A DNA stretch of 64,000 bases, taken from positions 3,648,001 through 3,712,000 of the forward strand of contig OZ243927.1 of assembly GCA_965213925.1 (NCBI GenBank), written 5' to 3'. Each line of letters opens with the position of its first letter. Within the stretch, counting starts at the first letter, position 1. Below, in pieces: positions 47,116 to 56,495 of the stretch. Both the position numbers and the translations under genes were made by a program. The DNA comes from Trueperaceae bacterium. Its GTDB lineage: Bacteria; Deinococcota; Deinococci; Deinococcales; Trueperaceae. The notes beneath the pieces are model-generated. The model made no database searches, had not been told where the DNA came from, and saw only the letters and a program-made list of their open reading frames with translations.

Positions 47116-47586
47116 TTAAGGGCGCGTCACCGTATACGTCACTGTGCCTTGATAGCGCCCATCCGCCGGCAAGCTCTGGAGACCGTAGCGCAGGTCGAAG
47201 TTCTTCCAGCCGCCCGTGTTCTCGCCGCTCTCGATAATCTGCGGATAGGCGGTGAAGCGCTCCCAGTTCCCCTCGGCTTCGGCTCGCCACATAAGCTGCG
47301 CCGCCGCGTCCGCCTCGCTCGCCGGGACGTAGCTCGCGGAGAGCTGCCACGCGCTATTGGCCATGACCTGAACGTTGCTGCCCGCGGGCGCAATTTCGAA
47401 CGCGCCGTTCGACACGCGGATGTCGACATCGACGTTCGCCTTATCTTGCGCGACCTTGTCGTCAATTTTGAGCCTGAGAACGTTGGGAATACCGACGCTT
47501 ACGTCGTGGCTTGCGCTCTTCTGCGCCGCTGCAATGTTGAGCGAACCTAAACTTACGAGAAAAAACAAAACGAAACCTTTACGCAT
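47116..47586 (-). CDS. Secreted pilin-like subunit
   Basis: MRKGFVLFF signal peptide; ASHDVSVGIPNVLRL...DGRYQGTVTYTV. Confidence 0.75.
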   Translation of the reverse strand: MRKGFVLFFLVSLGSLNIAAAQKSASHDVSVGIPNVLRLKIDDKVAQDKANVDVDIRVSNGAFEIAPAGSNVQVMANSAWQLSASYVPASEADAAAQLMWRAEAEGNWERFTAYPQIIESGENTGGWKNFDLRYGLQSLPADGRYQGTVTYTVTRP

Positions 47587-47768
47587 CCAAACCACCCTTT
47601 CGTGGAATGGATGCAACCACCTTGTAGAGCAGGTATCATCTGGTTATAAACGCCCTCTTTCGAGGAAGCGCTGCTCGAGCACGCACATTCAAAGATGAAG
47701 TCCCGCTAGCTCTTCGAGCTGAGACTTGCGTGGTTCAAGCTCAGTAACGATAAAACCGATAGCTCCAT

Positions 47769-47844
47769 GTTCGGCCGGTTGCATCACTGGCTCCCCGAGT
47801 CCCATGATGCCCAGATAGGGAAGATCGGTTCATCGCCTCCGAAC
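47769..47844 (-). ncRNA. c-di-GMP-II riboswitch (downstream member of a tandem pair)
   Basis: GTTCGG-AGGCGATGAA...TATCTGGGCATCA...GAGCCAGTGATGCAACCGG-CCGAAC; the pseudoknot GCATCA/TGATGC covaries relative to the other copies. Confidence 0.88.
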
Positions 47845-48008
47845 GCCATAAAAAACGCTCGACCAGGGGCACTTAGCCCGGCTGCTCGAGTGAGGTTCGC
47901 ATTTGGAGGGTAGCTTAGAGGCTACGCTCTGTTTTAGGTATTCGCAGTCGCGGTGCCGAGAGAACTCTCGAGACCGGGTGAAACCTGCTCAACAAGCGAG
48001 TTATTCAC

Positions 48009-48082
48009 CCTCGGCCGGGTGCGCTACTAGCTCAGCTTGTTCCAAGCGCCCAGATACAGAACAAGCGTCGTCGCTTCCGAAG
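48009..48082 (-). ncRNA. c-di-GMP-II riboswitch (upstream member of the pair; variant GCACCCGG)
   Basis: CTTCGG-AAGCGACGAC-GCTTGTTCT-GTATCTGGGCGCTT-GGAACAAGC-TGAGCTAGTAGCGCACCCGG-CCGAGG. Confidence 0.85.
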
Positions 48083-48484
48083 TTGTTCAGGTTGCCCTGA
48101 ACTTGTATAGAGTGTAGCGTGACTTAGGCGTAGAGGATGTGCATCCGTCACATCAGGCGCGAGTCCGTTTTTTAGTTAGCGCAAGAGGGTTTGAGAGAAG
48201 TCTTGGATGAGAGGGTATCACCCTAAACCGTTAAGCGAAGGGGCTCGTTTTTTATCCTCGCCCGGACCAAGGAAACAAAAGTGGAGATTCTTTTGCGGCC
48301 CAGTTTATTCAGAAGGGCAGCAGGAGGATACCGGTGATTCGCCCTTTCCTCTTGCATCAACACGCCTAGCGTCCACACCCGCACCTATGGTATGCTTTTA
48401 CGTCTTATCGGCGCATGGCGCTTTAGCGTTTTAGCCCTGAAGTCGCGCCCTTTAACTCGCATTCATTCCACCGGAGGAATCAAG

Positions 48485-48628
48485 ATGAAAAGAACCTATC
48501 AGCCCAACAAGCGCAAGCGTGCCAAGACGCACGGTTTTCGCGCCCGCATGAAGACCTCGACCGGACGCAACATCATCAAGCGCCGCCGCGCGAAGGGCCG
48601 CACGAAGCTCTCCGTCTCTGACGAGTAA
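48485..48628 (+). CDS. rpmH: 50S ribosomal protein L34
   Basis: [30 protein letters not shown]. Confidence 0.98.
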   Translation: MKRTYQPNKRKRAKTHGFRARMKTSTGRNIIKRRRAKGRTKLSVSDE

Positions 48629-48633
48629 GCGCT

Positions 48634-48972
48634 GTGGTAACGCCGGTCTGCTCCTTGAAGGGCGACCGCGCGTTTCAGAGGATGCGGCGCGGCAAGGCGG
48701 GGCACGCAAAACTTTTGAGTCTCCGCTGGCGCAGCAACCGCGAAACGTGTGTGCGCGTTGGAATTGTCGTGTCGAAAAAAGTGGGCAACGCCGTAGTGCG
48801 AAACCGCGTGCGACGCCGCTTACGTGAGGCGCTCCGCGCACTTACGGCGGAAGGCAAGGTTTCTAAAACCTTCGACCTCGTCGTTATCGCGAGACCCGTC
48901 GCTGCTGACGCGGACTACTGGCAGCTCAAAGACGCGCTACGTTACGCGCTGAAAAAGGGTGGAGCGTTATGA
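48634..48972 (+). CDS. rnpA: Ribonuclease P protein component
   Basis: [25 protein letters not shown] motif; synteny. Confidence 0.96.
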   Translation: MVTPVCSLKGDRAFQRMRRGKAGHAKLLSLRWRSNRETCVRVGIVVSKKVGNAVVRNRVRRRLREALRALTAEGKVSKTFDLVVIARPVAADADYWQLKDALRYALKKGGAL

Positions 48973-49235
48973 GCGCTCCCACCAAGTTATCGTTTGCGCA
49001 GCAGCTTGCGCTGCTACCAGTGCGCGCGTACCGCCGCTTTTTATCGCCGCTTAAAGCGAGCCCTAGCTGCCGCTTTCATCCCACATGTAGCAAGTACGCG
49101 GTGGACGCGGTTACGCAGCACGGCGCTCTGAGAGGAAGTTATTTGGCGCTGAGGCGCGTGCTCAAGTGCCATCCGTTTCATCCTGGCGGGTTCGACCCCG
49201 TCCCGAGTGTTCGCGCGCAACGAGACGTCTCATGA
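48969..49235 (+). CDS. yidD: Membrane protein insertion efficiency factor
   Basis: [11 protein letters not shown]...[14 protein letters not shown]. Confidence 0.96.
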   Translation: MSAPTKLSFAQQLALLPVRAYRRFLSPLKASPSCRFHPTCSKYAVDAVTQHGALRGSYLALRRVLKCHPFHPGGFDPVPSVRAQRDVS

Positions 49236-49304
49236 CCCGAAACGCTGAGGGGAACATCACGCAGAAGGTGACACGCCAAGGGCGTGCCCTCACCCGGAGG
49301 AATT

Positions 49305-50873
49305 TTGAAAGGTAAAGTATTTTCGGCGCTCGCGCTCCTCGCCGCGCTCGTGTTCACCTCGTTCGCGTTCGCTAGAGTCTCGTTCGGTATTCAAGACTTC
49401 AATGCGTCGCAGTTTAGCAACGCGGCGGATTTAGACGAGCTTTGCACCCCAAATCCCACCTCGTTTTGGTGCGACTTAAGAGGTCAAGACCTCAAGCTCA
49501 TCACGACGAAGAGCGTGGACTATATCTTCGACGAGAGCGGCGAAGTCGTCGCGCTTTTTGCCAAGCAGCAGCGCGGGCAAGATTTTAACGGCAACTATAA
49601 CCTCAACAACAACCAGAACCTCATCCCCTATACCGCGCAGATTCCTGGCGGGGCGGTCTTTGTGGGCGGGGAGAGGCTAGAGCCCGAAACCGCCACGAGC
49701 AACTGGCAAGAGGTCGAGCGCAACGGCGAAGACGCTCTACTAGGCGAATTCTCCTACGAGACGAACGGCTACGCAGTCGAGAAGACCCTCTTAGTCAGCT
49801 CGGCTAGAAATTCACTGGACGCAGAGATAACCGTCACGCGCACCGAGGCTGGCGAAGAGCCCGTAGAGGTGCAGTACGCCTACTCCGGCATTGGACGGCA
49901 AGACACGCCCGTTATCAAGATAGGGCAGGGCGAGAACTTCACGCTCAATCCGGTCTCACAACCCGTTCAAAATCCGTCTTACATCTCGTTGCAGAACAAC
50001 AACAACAACCGCGCTTTCGCCATCGTCATGCGCCCCGACCCTAACGCCGAAGGCGCGGGCGGACAAGACCTAGCCGCCCTGCCGCGCTCGGGGCGTCAGA
50101 TTGCCCTAGCCAAGACGCTGCCACCCGAAGCGAGCGCATCTGTGACGTTAGATGTGGAAGTCTATGGCGGTCCTAACGAGATGGTGCGCTACCTGCAAGA
50201 AAACTACCTCGATTTGCCAGGTCTCTTTAGGCCCAACATCTTAGGGCGCGTCTCACTCGGTATCGTCATCGCGCTAGAGACCATTCACGGCGTCGTCGGT
50301 AACTGGGGCTTGTCCATCATCGTGCTGACCCTTCTCTTCCGCATTTTGGTGTGGCCCCTCATCGCCACGCAGACAAAGTCCATGATGGGGATGCAGCAGC
50401 TTCAGCCGAAACTTCAAGCGTTGCAAAAGAAGCACAAGGACAACCGCGAAAAATTGACCGAAGAGACGATGAAGCTCTATAAAGAGGCGGGCGTCAACCC
50501 AGCGGGGGGCTGTCTGCCGATTCTCGTGCAGATGCCTATCTTCATCATCTTGTGGCGCGTTTTTATCAACTTCGAGTTCAACGAGGGCTTCTTGTGGATT
50601 CCCGACTTAGGACTCAACGACCCCTACTACATCTTGCCGCTTCTTTACGTCGTGGTGATGGCGGGGCAAGCCTTCATTTCGGCGCAAGGGAACATGCAGT
50701 CACTTAGGCAGCAACTCCTGATGAGCGGTATCTTCGTCTTTTTCATCTTTAACTTCCCTGCTGGCGTGACGCTCTACCTCATCACTTCGATGGCGATTCA
50801 GGTGCTGCAGCAGTTTCTCATCAAGCGCACCACCGCGCCACCCGCTACGGCTGCGCAAGCGAAAGCGAAATAA
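49305..50873 (+). CDS. yidC: Membrane protein insertase
   Basis: NWGLSII.LT...LYKEAGVNPAGGCLP.LVQMPIF; TTG start after GGAGG. Confidence 0.95.
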   Translation: MKGKVFSALALLAALVFTSFAFARVSFGIQDFNASQFSNAADLDELCTPNPTSFWCDLRGQDLKLITTKSVDYIFDESGEVVALFAKQQRGQDFNGNYNLNNNQNLIPYTAQIPGGAVFVGGERLEPETATSNWQEVERNGEDALLGEFSYETNGYAVEKTLLVSSARNSLDAEITVTRTEAGEEPVEVQYAYSGIGRQDTPVIKIGQGENFTLNPVSQPVQNPSYISLQNNNNNRAFAIVMRPDPNAEGAGGQDLAALPRSGRQIALAKTLPPEASASVTLDVEVYGGPNEMVRYLQENYLDLPGLFRPNILGRVSLGIVIALETIHGVVGNWGLSIIVLTLLFRILVWPLIATQTKSMMGMQQLQPKLQALQKKHKDNREKLTEETMKLYKEAGVNPAGGCLPILVQMPIFIILWRVFINFEFNEGFLWIPDLGLNDPYYILPLLYVVVMAGQAFISAQGNMQSLRQQLLMSGIFVFFIFNFPAGVTLYLITSMAIQVLQQFLIKRTTAPPATAAQAKAK

Positions 50874-50921
50874 GAGTAGTATAGCCGAACGACAGATACC
50901 GCGTAATTGTAAGGAGCTAGT

Positions 50922-51530
50922 GTGGCTGACGACAAGAATAACGATTTGGATACGTACCTCGATAACCTCGGCATCAATACAGGTGAAGAGGCGTCGGCCA
51001 CGCCCGAATTACCCGAAGATACGCTCCCCTCACAGCCCTTCGTCGCGCCGCTCGTTTTGGGGGGTGACGCGGCGGAGCGCTGTGAGTCATTTTTGGTCCA
51101 TCTGCTTCTCAACATCGATCCTGGCTACGCCGTCGAGATTCGACATGCAGATGAGGATGAAGTCGCCGTAGACGTCACCGGCGGCGATCCCGGTAAGATC
51201 ATCGGGCGTGGGGGACGCACCCTAGCCGCTTTAGAATACCTCACCAACGCCGTGGTGAACCGCGACGAGACCCGCGATAAGTCGGAGGGCAACGTGCGCG
51301 TCAACATTGACGTAGGCGGCTACAAGGCGCGTCGTGATGATAGGTTAAGAGGTGAGGCGCGTAAGGCAGCGGCACGGGTGCGCAAAACGGGCTTCGCCGT
51401 CGAGCTAGACCCGATGAACGCGGGGGAGCGGCGCGTGATTCATATGGCGCTCGCAGATGACCCATCCGTAAGGAGTGAGTCGTCGGGCGAGGGGCGCGAC
51501 AGGCGGGTTGTGGTCAAACCGGTGGAGTAG
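50922..51530 (+). CDS. jag: Jag/EloR-like KH-R3H RNA-binding protein
   Basis: GKIIGRGGRTLAALEYL (KH) and ERRVIH...SESSGEG (R3H); follows yidC. Confidence 0.9.
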   Translation: MADDKNNDLDTYLDNLGINTGEEASATPELPEDTLPSQPFVAPLVLGGDAAERCESFLVHLLLNIDPGYAVEIRHADEDEVAVDVTGGDPGKIIGRGGRTLAALEYLTNAVVNRDETRDKSEGNVRVNIDVGGYKARRDDRLRGEARKAAARVRKTGFAVELDPMNAGERRVIHMALADDPSVRSESSGEGRDRRVVVKPVE

Positions 51531-51800
51531 AACATTTAAGAAGGTGTGAAGGGGTCCTCATCGCAAGAAGTTGGGCGCAGCGCTGTGAGTGTAAGCTTAT
51601 CGTAGGAGCGAAGCACTATCACATGCCGACAAGTTATATAGTAACGTGATAAACTTCACTCTTTTTTCGCTTTTAGTGTCGTCTCTTATGACTACGCTAC
51701 AGTCACGTAAAAAGTGTCGTGCAACGCTAACAATTGCCTTGTGACGCTACGCAGCAAACGCAACGAACAAAAACGGTAAAGACAAAATAGAGAGGTCAAG

Positions 51801-52964
51801 ATGGTTCCAACGAAAGAAGAACTCAAAACGCTCGGTGCACAGACGGGGCTCAACGTCTCCATCTATATGCCTACTCACATGGCAGGAGCCGACACGCGCG
51901 AAAATCCCATCCGCTTCAAGAACCGCTTGCAAGAGGCGGAGCGCCGCCTGAACGAGCACGATATCGACCCGAGCAGGATTGACACGCTGCTCGGCTCGGC
52001 TCGGCAGCTCGTGGACAATAACGACTTCTGGCAGCACCAGCGCGAAGGCTTCGCGATGTTTCTAAGCGAGTCGGAGCAGCGCCAGTACAAACTACCTTTC
52101 TCGCCAAAAGAGATCACCGTCGTCGCGGAGCACTTTCACGTCAAGCCGATGTTGCCCTTTATCGGGGAGGGCGAGCACTTCTTCATCTTAGCGGCGAGTC
52201 TCAATAACGTACGACTCTTCGAGGCGACGCGCTTCGACGTGAGCGAAGTCGAGTTAGAAAACACGCCCACGAGCCTCGACGAAGCGCTCAGGTACGACGA
52301 CGCCGAGCCGACGCTGGACCACTACACCATCGCCGCAGGTGGACGCGGCGGCGTCGGGCAAGGCGCCGTCATTCAAGGGCAGGGCTCGGGCAAAGACGAG
52401 CGCAACGTCAACATCTTGCGCTTCTTTAAGGAACTCGACAACGGTGTGCGGCGCATCTTAGAGCCGCAAGGGAGCCGCATTCCGGTCGTGTTCGTAGGCG
52501 ACAAGGGTATCTTCCCTATCTATCAAGAGGCGAACCACTACGGCGGTCTTTTGGACGAAAACGTGGACGGCAATCCTGACAACTTAGACGCCAAAACGAT
52601 CCATGAGAAAGCGTGGCCCGTGGTGGAGCCGCACCTGCAAGGGCAGCGCGAAGAGGATAAGAACAACTACATGCATAAAGCGGGCGCGGACCCCGAGCAC
52701 GCCTCGGACAGTTTGGAGGACATCCTCCCCGCCGCCTTCGACAGCCGCATCGAAACGCTTTTCGTCGCGCAAAACGAGCACCGCTGGGGACGCTATGACC
52801 CGGAGGCGCGCGAGGTTAAACTGAACGATGAAGAGAGAGCGGGCGACAGTGACCTGCTCGACTTAGCCGCGCTTCACACGATCTTGAACGGTGGAACAGT
52901 CTACGCGGTGGAAAAAGAGAGCGTTCCCGGTGACGGGGTCGCGGCGGCGATTTACCGCTTTTAG
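51801..52964 (+). CDS. Bacterial archaeo-eukaryotic release factor (baeRF)-like protein
   Basis: VSIYMPTH...NPIRFKN, FHVKP.LP, GNPD and LNGGTVY...AAIYRF pattern. Confidence 0.8.
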   Translation: MVPTKEELKTLGAQTGLNVSIYMPTHMAGADTRENPIRFKNRLQEAERRLNEHDIDPSRIDTLLGSARQLVDNNDFWQHQREGFAMFLSESEQRQYKLPFSPKEITVVAEHFHVKPMLPFIGEGEHFFILAASLNNVRLFEATRFDVSEVELENTPTSLDEALRYDDAEPTLDHYTIAAGGRGGVGQGAVIQGQGSGKDERNVNILRFFKELDNGVRRILEPQGSRIPVVFVGDKGIFPIYQEANHYGGLLDENVDGNPDNLDAKTIHEKAWPVVEPHLQGQREEDKNNYMHKAGADPEHASDSLEDILPAAFDSRIETLFVAQNEHRWGRYDPEAREVKLNDEERAGDSDLLDLAALHTILNGGTVYAVEKESVPGDGVAAAIYRF

Positions 52965-52991
52965 CCGTTTTTTACAGCAGTCGATAGACTT

Positions 52992-53020
52992 AGGGGGCGC
53001 ACCTGTTGCGCCCTTCTTTA
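52992..53020 (+). terminator. Intrinsic terminator
   Basis: GGGCGCA-CCTGT-TGCGCCC followed by TTCTTT. Confidence 0.6.
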
Positions 53021-53124
53021 CATTTTTTCAGAGAATCGAGCAATTGTGATGCTGAAGCACGTCGCTGCCGCAGCTTCTTTGTTACCGTTCGGCTTATATC
53101 AAATAGCAAGGCAAAGGGGTGAGT

Positions 53125-54708
53125 ATGTTCGGGCTCGATATCCAAGTGGCGACGATTGACCTCGTTATCATCGCGCTCTATTTTATCGCGGTTTTTGCTA
53201 TCGGCTACTGGGTGTCGCGGCGCACCAAAAGCGGCGACGACCTCTTTTTGGCGGGGCGCAGCTTGGGCTGGGGCGCGGTCGGCTTGTCGCTCTTCGCTTC
53301 GAACATTTCAGGCTCTCACTTAGTCGGTCTCATGGGCGACGCTTACCGTACGGGCTTAGCACCCTCCGCCTATGAATGGATGGCAGGGTTGCTTCTTATC
53401 TTCGGGGCGTTTACGTTCTTTCCGTTCTTTTTACGCTCGAGAATCTCCACCATCCCCGAATTTTTAGAGAAACGCTTCGACGCGCGTTCACGTAAGTACT
53501 TCTCTGCGATCACGATCTTTTTGGCGGTTATCGTGGATACGGCGGCGGGTCTCTACGCGGGCGCACTCGTCGCGGAGGTCTTTATCCCGGGACTCAACAT
53601 TACCGTTTTCATCGTGACGCTCGCGCTTATAGGCGGCATCTACACGGCGGCGGGCGGTCTGGCGGCGGTGGTGTACACCGATATGCTGCAGTCCATCATC
53701 CTCCTCGTCGGCGCGTCCGCTATTTCCATCATCACCTTTTCGCAGTTCGGCTTTTCCTGGAGCGAAGCGACCCAAGCCTTGCCAGAGGGTCACCTCTCTA
53801 TCGTGCAGCCGGTATCTGACGACGTACTGCCGTGGCCCGGTCTCATTTTAGGCGTGCCGCTCTTAGGCTTCTACTACTGGATTTTGAACCAGTACATCGT
53901 GCAGCGTGTGTTAGGCGCAAGAGATGTAACCAACGCGCGGCGGGGTGCGATTCTAGCGGCAGCGCTCAAGCTCACCCCTCTTTTTATCTTGATGCTGCCG
54001 GGTGCGTTCGCCTTAACGCTTTTACCTGATTTGCAGTCGCCCGACCAGGTCTTCCCCACCCTCGTTCAAGAGTTCTTGCCTATCGGCTTAACGGGTATCG
54101 TCTTGGCGGGGCTCATTTCGGCAATTCTCTCGAGCGTCGACTCCGCTTTGAACTCCGCTTCGACTCTCTTAACCCTCGACTTCATCGAGCCAATGATGGG
54201 GCGCGACCTAGAGCCGAGCGAGTCGCGGCGCATCGGCACCTTTGCAACCTTGGGTTTTATGGTCGTTGCGGCGGTGTGGGCTCCCTCGATTCAGGGTTTT
54301 CCGGGTCTATTTTCCTACCTTCAGTCGATGTATTCCTACATCGTCACGCCTCTAGTCGCGGTTTTTATCTTGGGCTTCTTCTGGGACAGAGTCAACACCC
54401 AAAGTGCGCTCATCACCTTTATCGCAGGACACGTGATTGCGGCGATCACCTTTACACTTGTCCAAGTAGGTGTCATCAACATTCATTTCCTTTACGTAGC
54501 GAGCCTACTCTTCATCGTCTGCCTCATCATCTGCGTCGTGACGAGCCTGAACCTCGGTACAGCTCCGAGCCAAGAGAAGCTCTATGAGACGACCTTTAGC
54601 AGCGGCTACGCTGAGCCCGAAAGCAGCACGCTCTGGTACGCCGACTTCCGTATCCAAGCTGCCGCCGTCGTTTTACTCACCGTGCTGATACTTCTTATCT
54701 TCTGGTAG
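53125..54708 (+). CDS. Sodium:solute symporter (SGLT-like), paralogue 1
   Basis: FLAGRSL, SLFASNIS, YEW, TIPEFLEKRF, GGLAAVVYTD, YYW..NQYIVQR and LNSASTL.T.D motifs. Confidence 0.93.
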   Translation: MFGLDIQVATIDLVIIALYFIAVFAIGYWVSRRTKSGDDLFLAGRSLGWGAVGLSLFASNISGSHLVGLMGDAYRTGLAPSAYEWMAGLLLIFGAFTFFPFFLRSRISTIPEFLEKRFDARSRKYFSAITIFLAVIVDTAAGLYAGALVAEVFIPGLNITVFIVTLALIGGIYTAAGGLAAVVYTDMLQSIILLVGASAISIITFSQFGFSWSEATQALPEGHLSIVQPVSDDVLPWPGLILGVPLLGFYYWILNQYIVQRVLGARDVTNARRGAILAAALKLTPLFILMLPGAFALTLLPDLQSPDQVFPTLVQEFLPIGLTGIVLAGLISAILSSVDSALNSASTLLTLDFIEPMMGRDLEPSESRRIGTFATLGFMVVAAVWAPSIQGFPGLFSYLQSMYSYIVTPLVAVFILGFFWDRVNTQSALITFIAGHVIAAITFTLVQVGVINIHFLYVASLLFIVCLIICVVTSLNLGTAPSQEKLYETTFSSGYAEPESSTLWYADFRIQAAAVVLLTVLILLIFW

Positions 54709-54876
54709 CTTTTGGCACGACACTTATACATTTCAAACCCGAATACTCAGATGTGTACTCAAAAAATACACATTCCTGCACCACTTGATCTTCAACACAT
54801 TGTGACTCTGAGTCATGTTTGTACCTACCGCCTTTGTTAGTTTGAGTACAAATTCACAGGTAGAGAAAGGACAGGT

Positions 54877-56460
54877 ATGTTTGGACTTGATATCCAGGTC
54901 AGCACCGTTGACCTCATCATCATCGCTGTTTATTTCGTTGCTGTGTTCGCGATCGGTTATGTGGTGTCGCAGCGCACGGAGAGCGGCGACGACCTCTTTT
55001 TGGCAGGTCGCAGCTTGGGCTGGGGCGCGGTCGGCTTGTCGCTCTTCGCTTCGAATATCTCGAGTTCTACCCTCGTAGGTCTTATGGGTGACGCCTACCG
55101 CATCGGCTTAGCACCCTCCGCGTACGAATGGATGGCAGGGTTGCTTCTTGTCTTCGGCGCGTTTACGTTCTTTCCGTTCTTTTTGCGCTCGAGAGTCTCC
55201 ACCATCCCCGAATTTTTAGAGAAACGCTTCGACGCGCGTTCGCGCAAGTACTTCTCTGCAATTACGATCTTTTTAGCGGTAATCGTAGACACAGCAGCCG
55301 GACTCTACGCGGGCGCACTCGTCGCGGAGGTCTTCGTACCGGGGCTTAACCTGACGGTCTTCATCGTGACGCTGGCGCTGATTGGCGGCATCTACACGGC
55401 AGCGGGCGGTCTGGCGGCGGTGGTTTATACCGACGTGTTGCAAGCCATCATCCTCATCATCGGTACAGCGGCCATCGCGATTTCCACCTTCTCGCAGTTC
55501 GGCTTCTCCTGGAGCGAGGCGACGCAGGCGCTCCCTGACGGTCACCTCTCTATCGTCCGTCCTATCTCTAACGACGTCTTACCGTGGCCCGGACTCATCT
55601 TAGGTGTACCGCTTTTGGGCTTCTACTACTGGATTTTGAACCAGTACATCGTGCAGCGTGTGTTAGGCGCGAAAGATGTGACGAACGCGCGCAGAGGCGC
55701 AATCTTAGCAGGTCTCCTCAAGCTTACGCCGCTCTTCATCATGATGCTCCCCGGCGCGTTCGCGGTGACGCTGCTGCCCAACTTAGAGTCGCCCGACCAG
55801 GTCTTCCCCACCCTCGTTCAAGAGTTCTTGCCTATCGGCTTGACGGGTATCGTCTTGGCGGGGCTCATTTCGGCGATTCTCTCGAGCGTCGACTCCGCTT
55901 TGAACTCCGCTTCGACCCTTCTCACCCTCGACTTCATTGAGCCGATGATGGGGCGTGACCTAGAGCCCAAAGAAGCGCGGCGCTATGGCACGTTCGCCAC
56001 CTTAGGCTTCATGGTCGTTGCGGCGGTATGGGCACCTTCGATTCAGGGTTTCCCCGGTCTCTTCCAGTACATCCAGTCGATGTTTGCGTATATCGTGACG
56101 CCCATCGTGGCGGTTTTCATCATGGGCTTTTTCTGGGACAGGATGAACGCGCAGAGCGCCTTCGTCACCTTTATCGCGGGTCACGTCATCGCAGCGATCA
56201 CCTTTACCCTTGTGCAGACCGGCGTCGTCAATATTCACTTCCTCTACGTCGCGAGCTTGCTCTTCATCGTCTGCTGCATCCTCTGCGTTGTTACGAGCTT
56301 GAGCATAGGCACGGCTCCGACCACAGAGAAGCTTAACGAAACGACCTTCAGCAGCGGCTACGCCGAGCCCGAAGAGACCTTCGCTTGGTACGCCGACTTC
56401 CGCATTCAGGCGGCGGCGGTGGTGGTGCTTACCGTCATTATGCTCATCACCTTCTGGTAA
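54877..56460 (+). CDS. Sodium:solute symporter (SGLT-like), paralogue 2
   Basis: Same motifs; colinear, highly similar tandem duplicate. Confidence 0.93.
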   Translation: MFGLDIQVSTVDLIIIAVYFVAVFAIGYVVSQRTESGDDLFLAGRSLGWGAVGLSLFASNISSSTLVGLMGDAYRIGLAPSAYEWMAGLLLVFGAFTFFPFFLRSRVSTIPEFLEKRFDARSRKYFSAITIFLAVIVDTAAGLYAGALVAEVFVPGLNLTVFIVTLALIGGIYTAAGGLAAVVYTDVLQAIILIIGTAAIAISTFSQFGFSWSEATQALPDGHLSIVRPISNDVLPWPGLILGVPLLGFYYWILNQYIVQRVLGAKDVTNARRGAILAGLLKLTPLFIMMLPGAFAVTLLPNLESPDQVFPTLVQEFLPIGLTGIVLAGLISAILSSVDSALNSASTLLTLDFIEPMMGRDLEPKEARRYGTFATLGFMVVAAVWAPSIQGFPGLFQYIQSMFAYIVTPIVAVFIMGFFWDRMNAQSAFVTFIAGHVIAAITFTLVQTGVVNIHFLYVASLLFIVCCILCVVTSLSIGTAPTTEKLNETTFSSGYAEPEETFAWYADFRIQAAAVVVLTVIMLITFW

Positions 56461-56495
56461 GTCCACAAGACTTAGCGTTTGCGCTAGGCTGAGCT

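Noticed and set aside
48136..48153. CRP/FNR-like box ATGTGCATCCGTCACAT upstream of the tandem riboswitches
   Set aside because: Spacing is one base short of TGTGA-N6-TCACA and there is only one instance, so it cannot be supported.
48100..48484. Possible oriC/dnaA region upstream of rpmH
   Set aside because: No dnaA gene and no cluster of TTATCCACA boxes; the region holds promoters and riboswitches.
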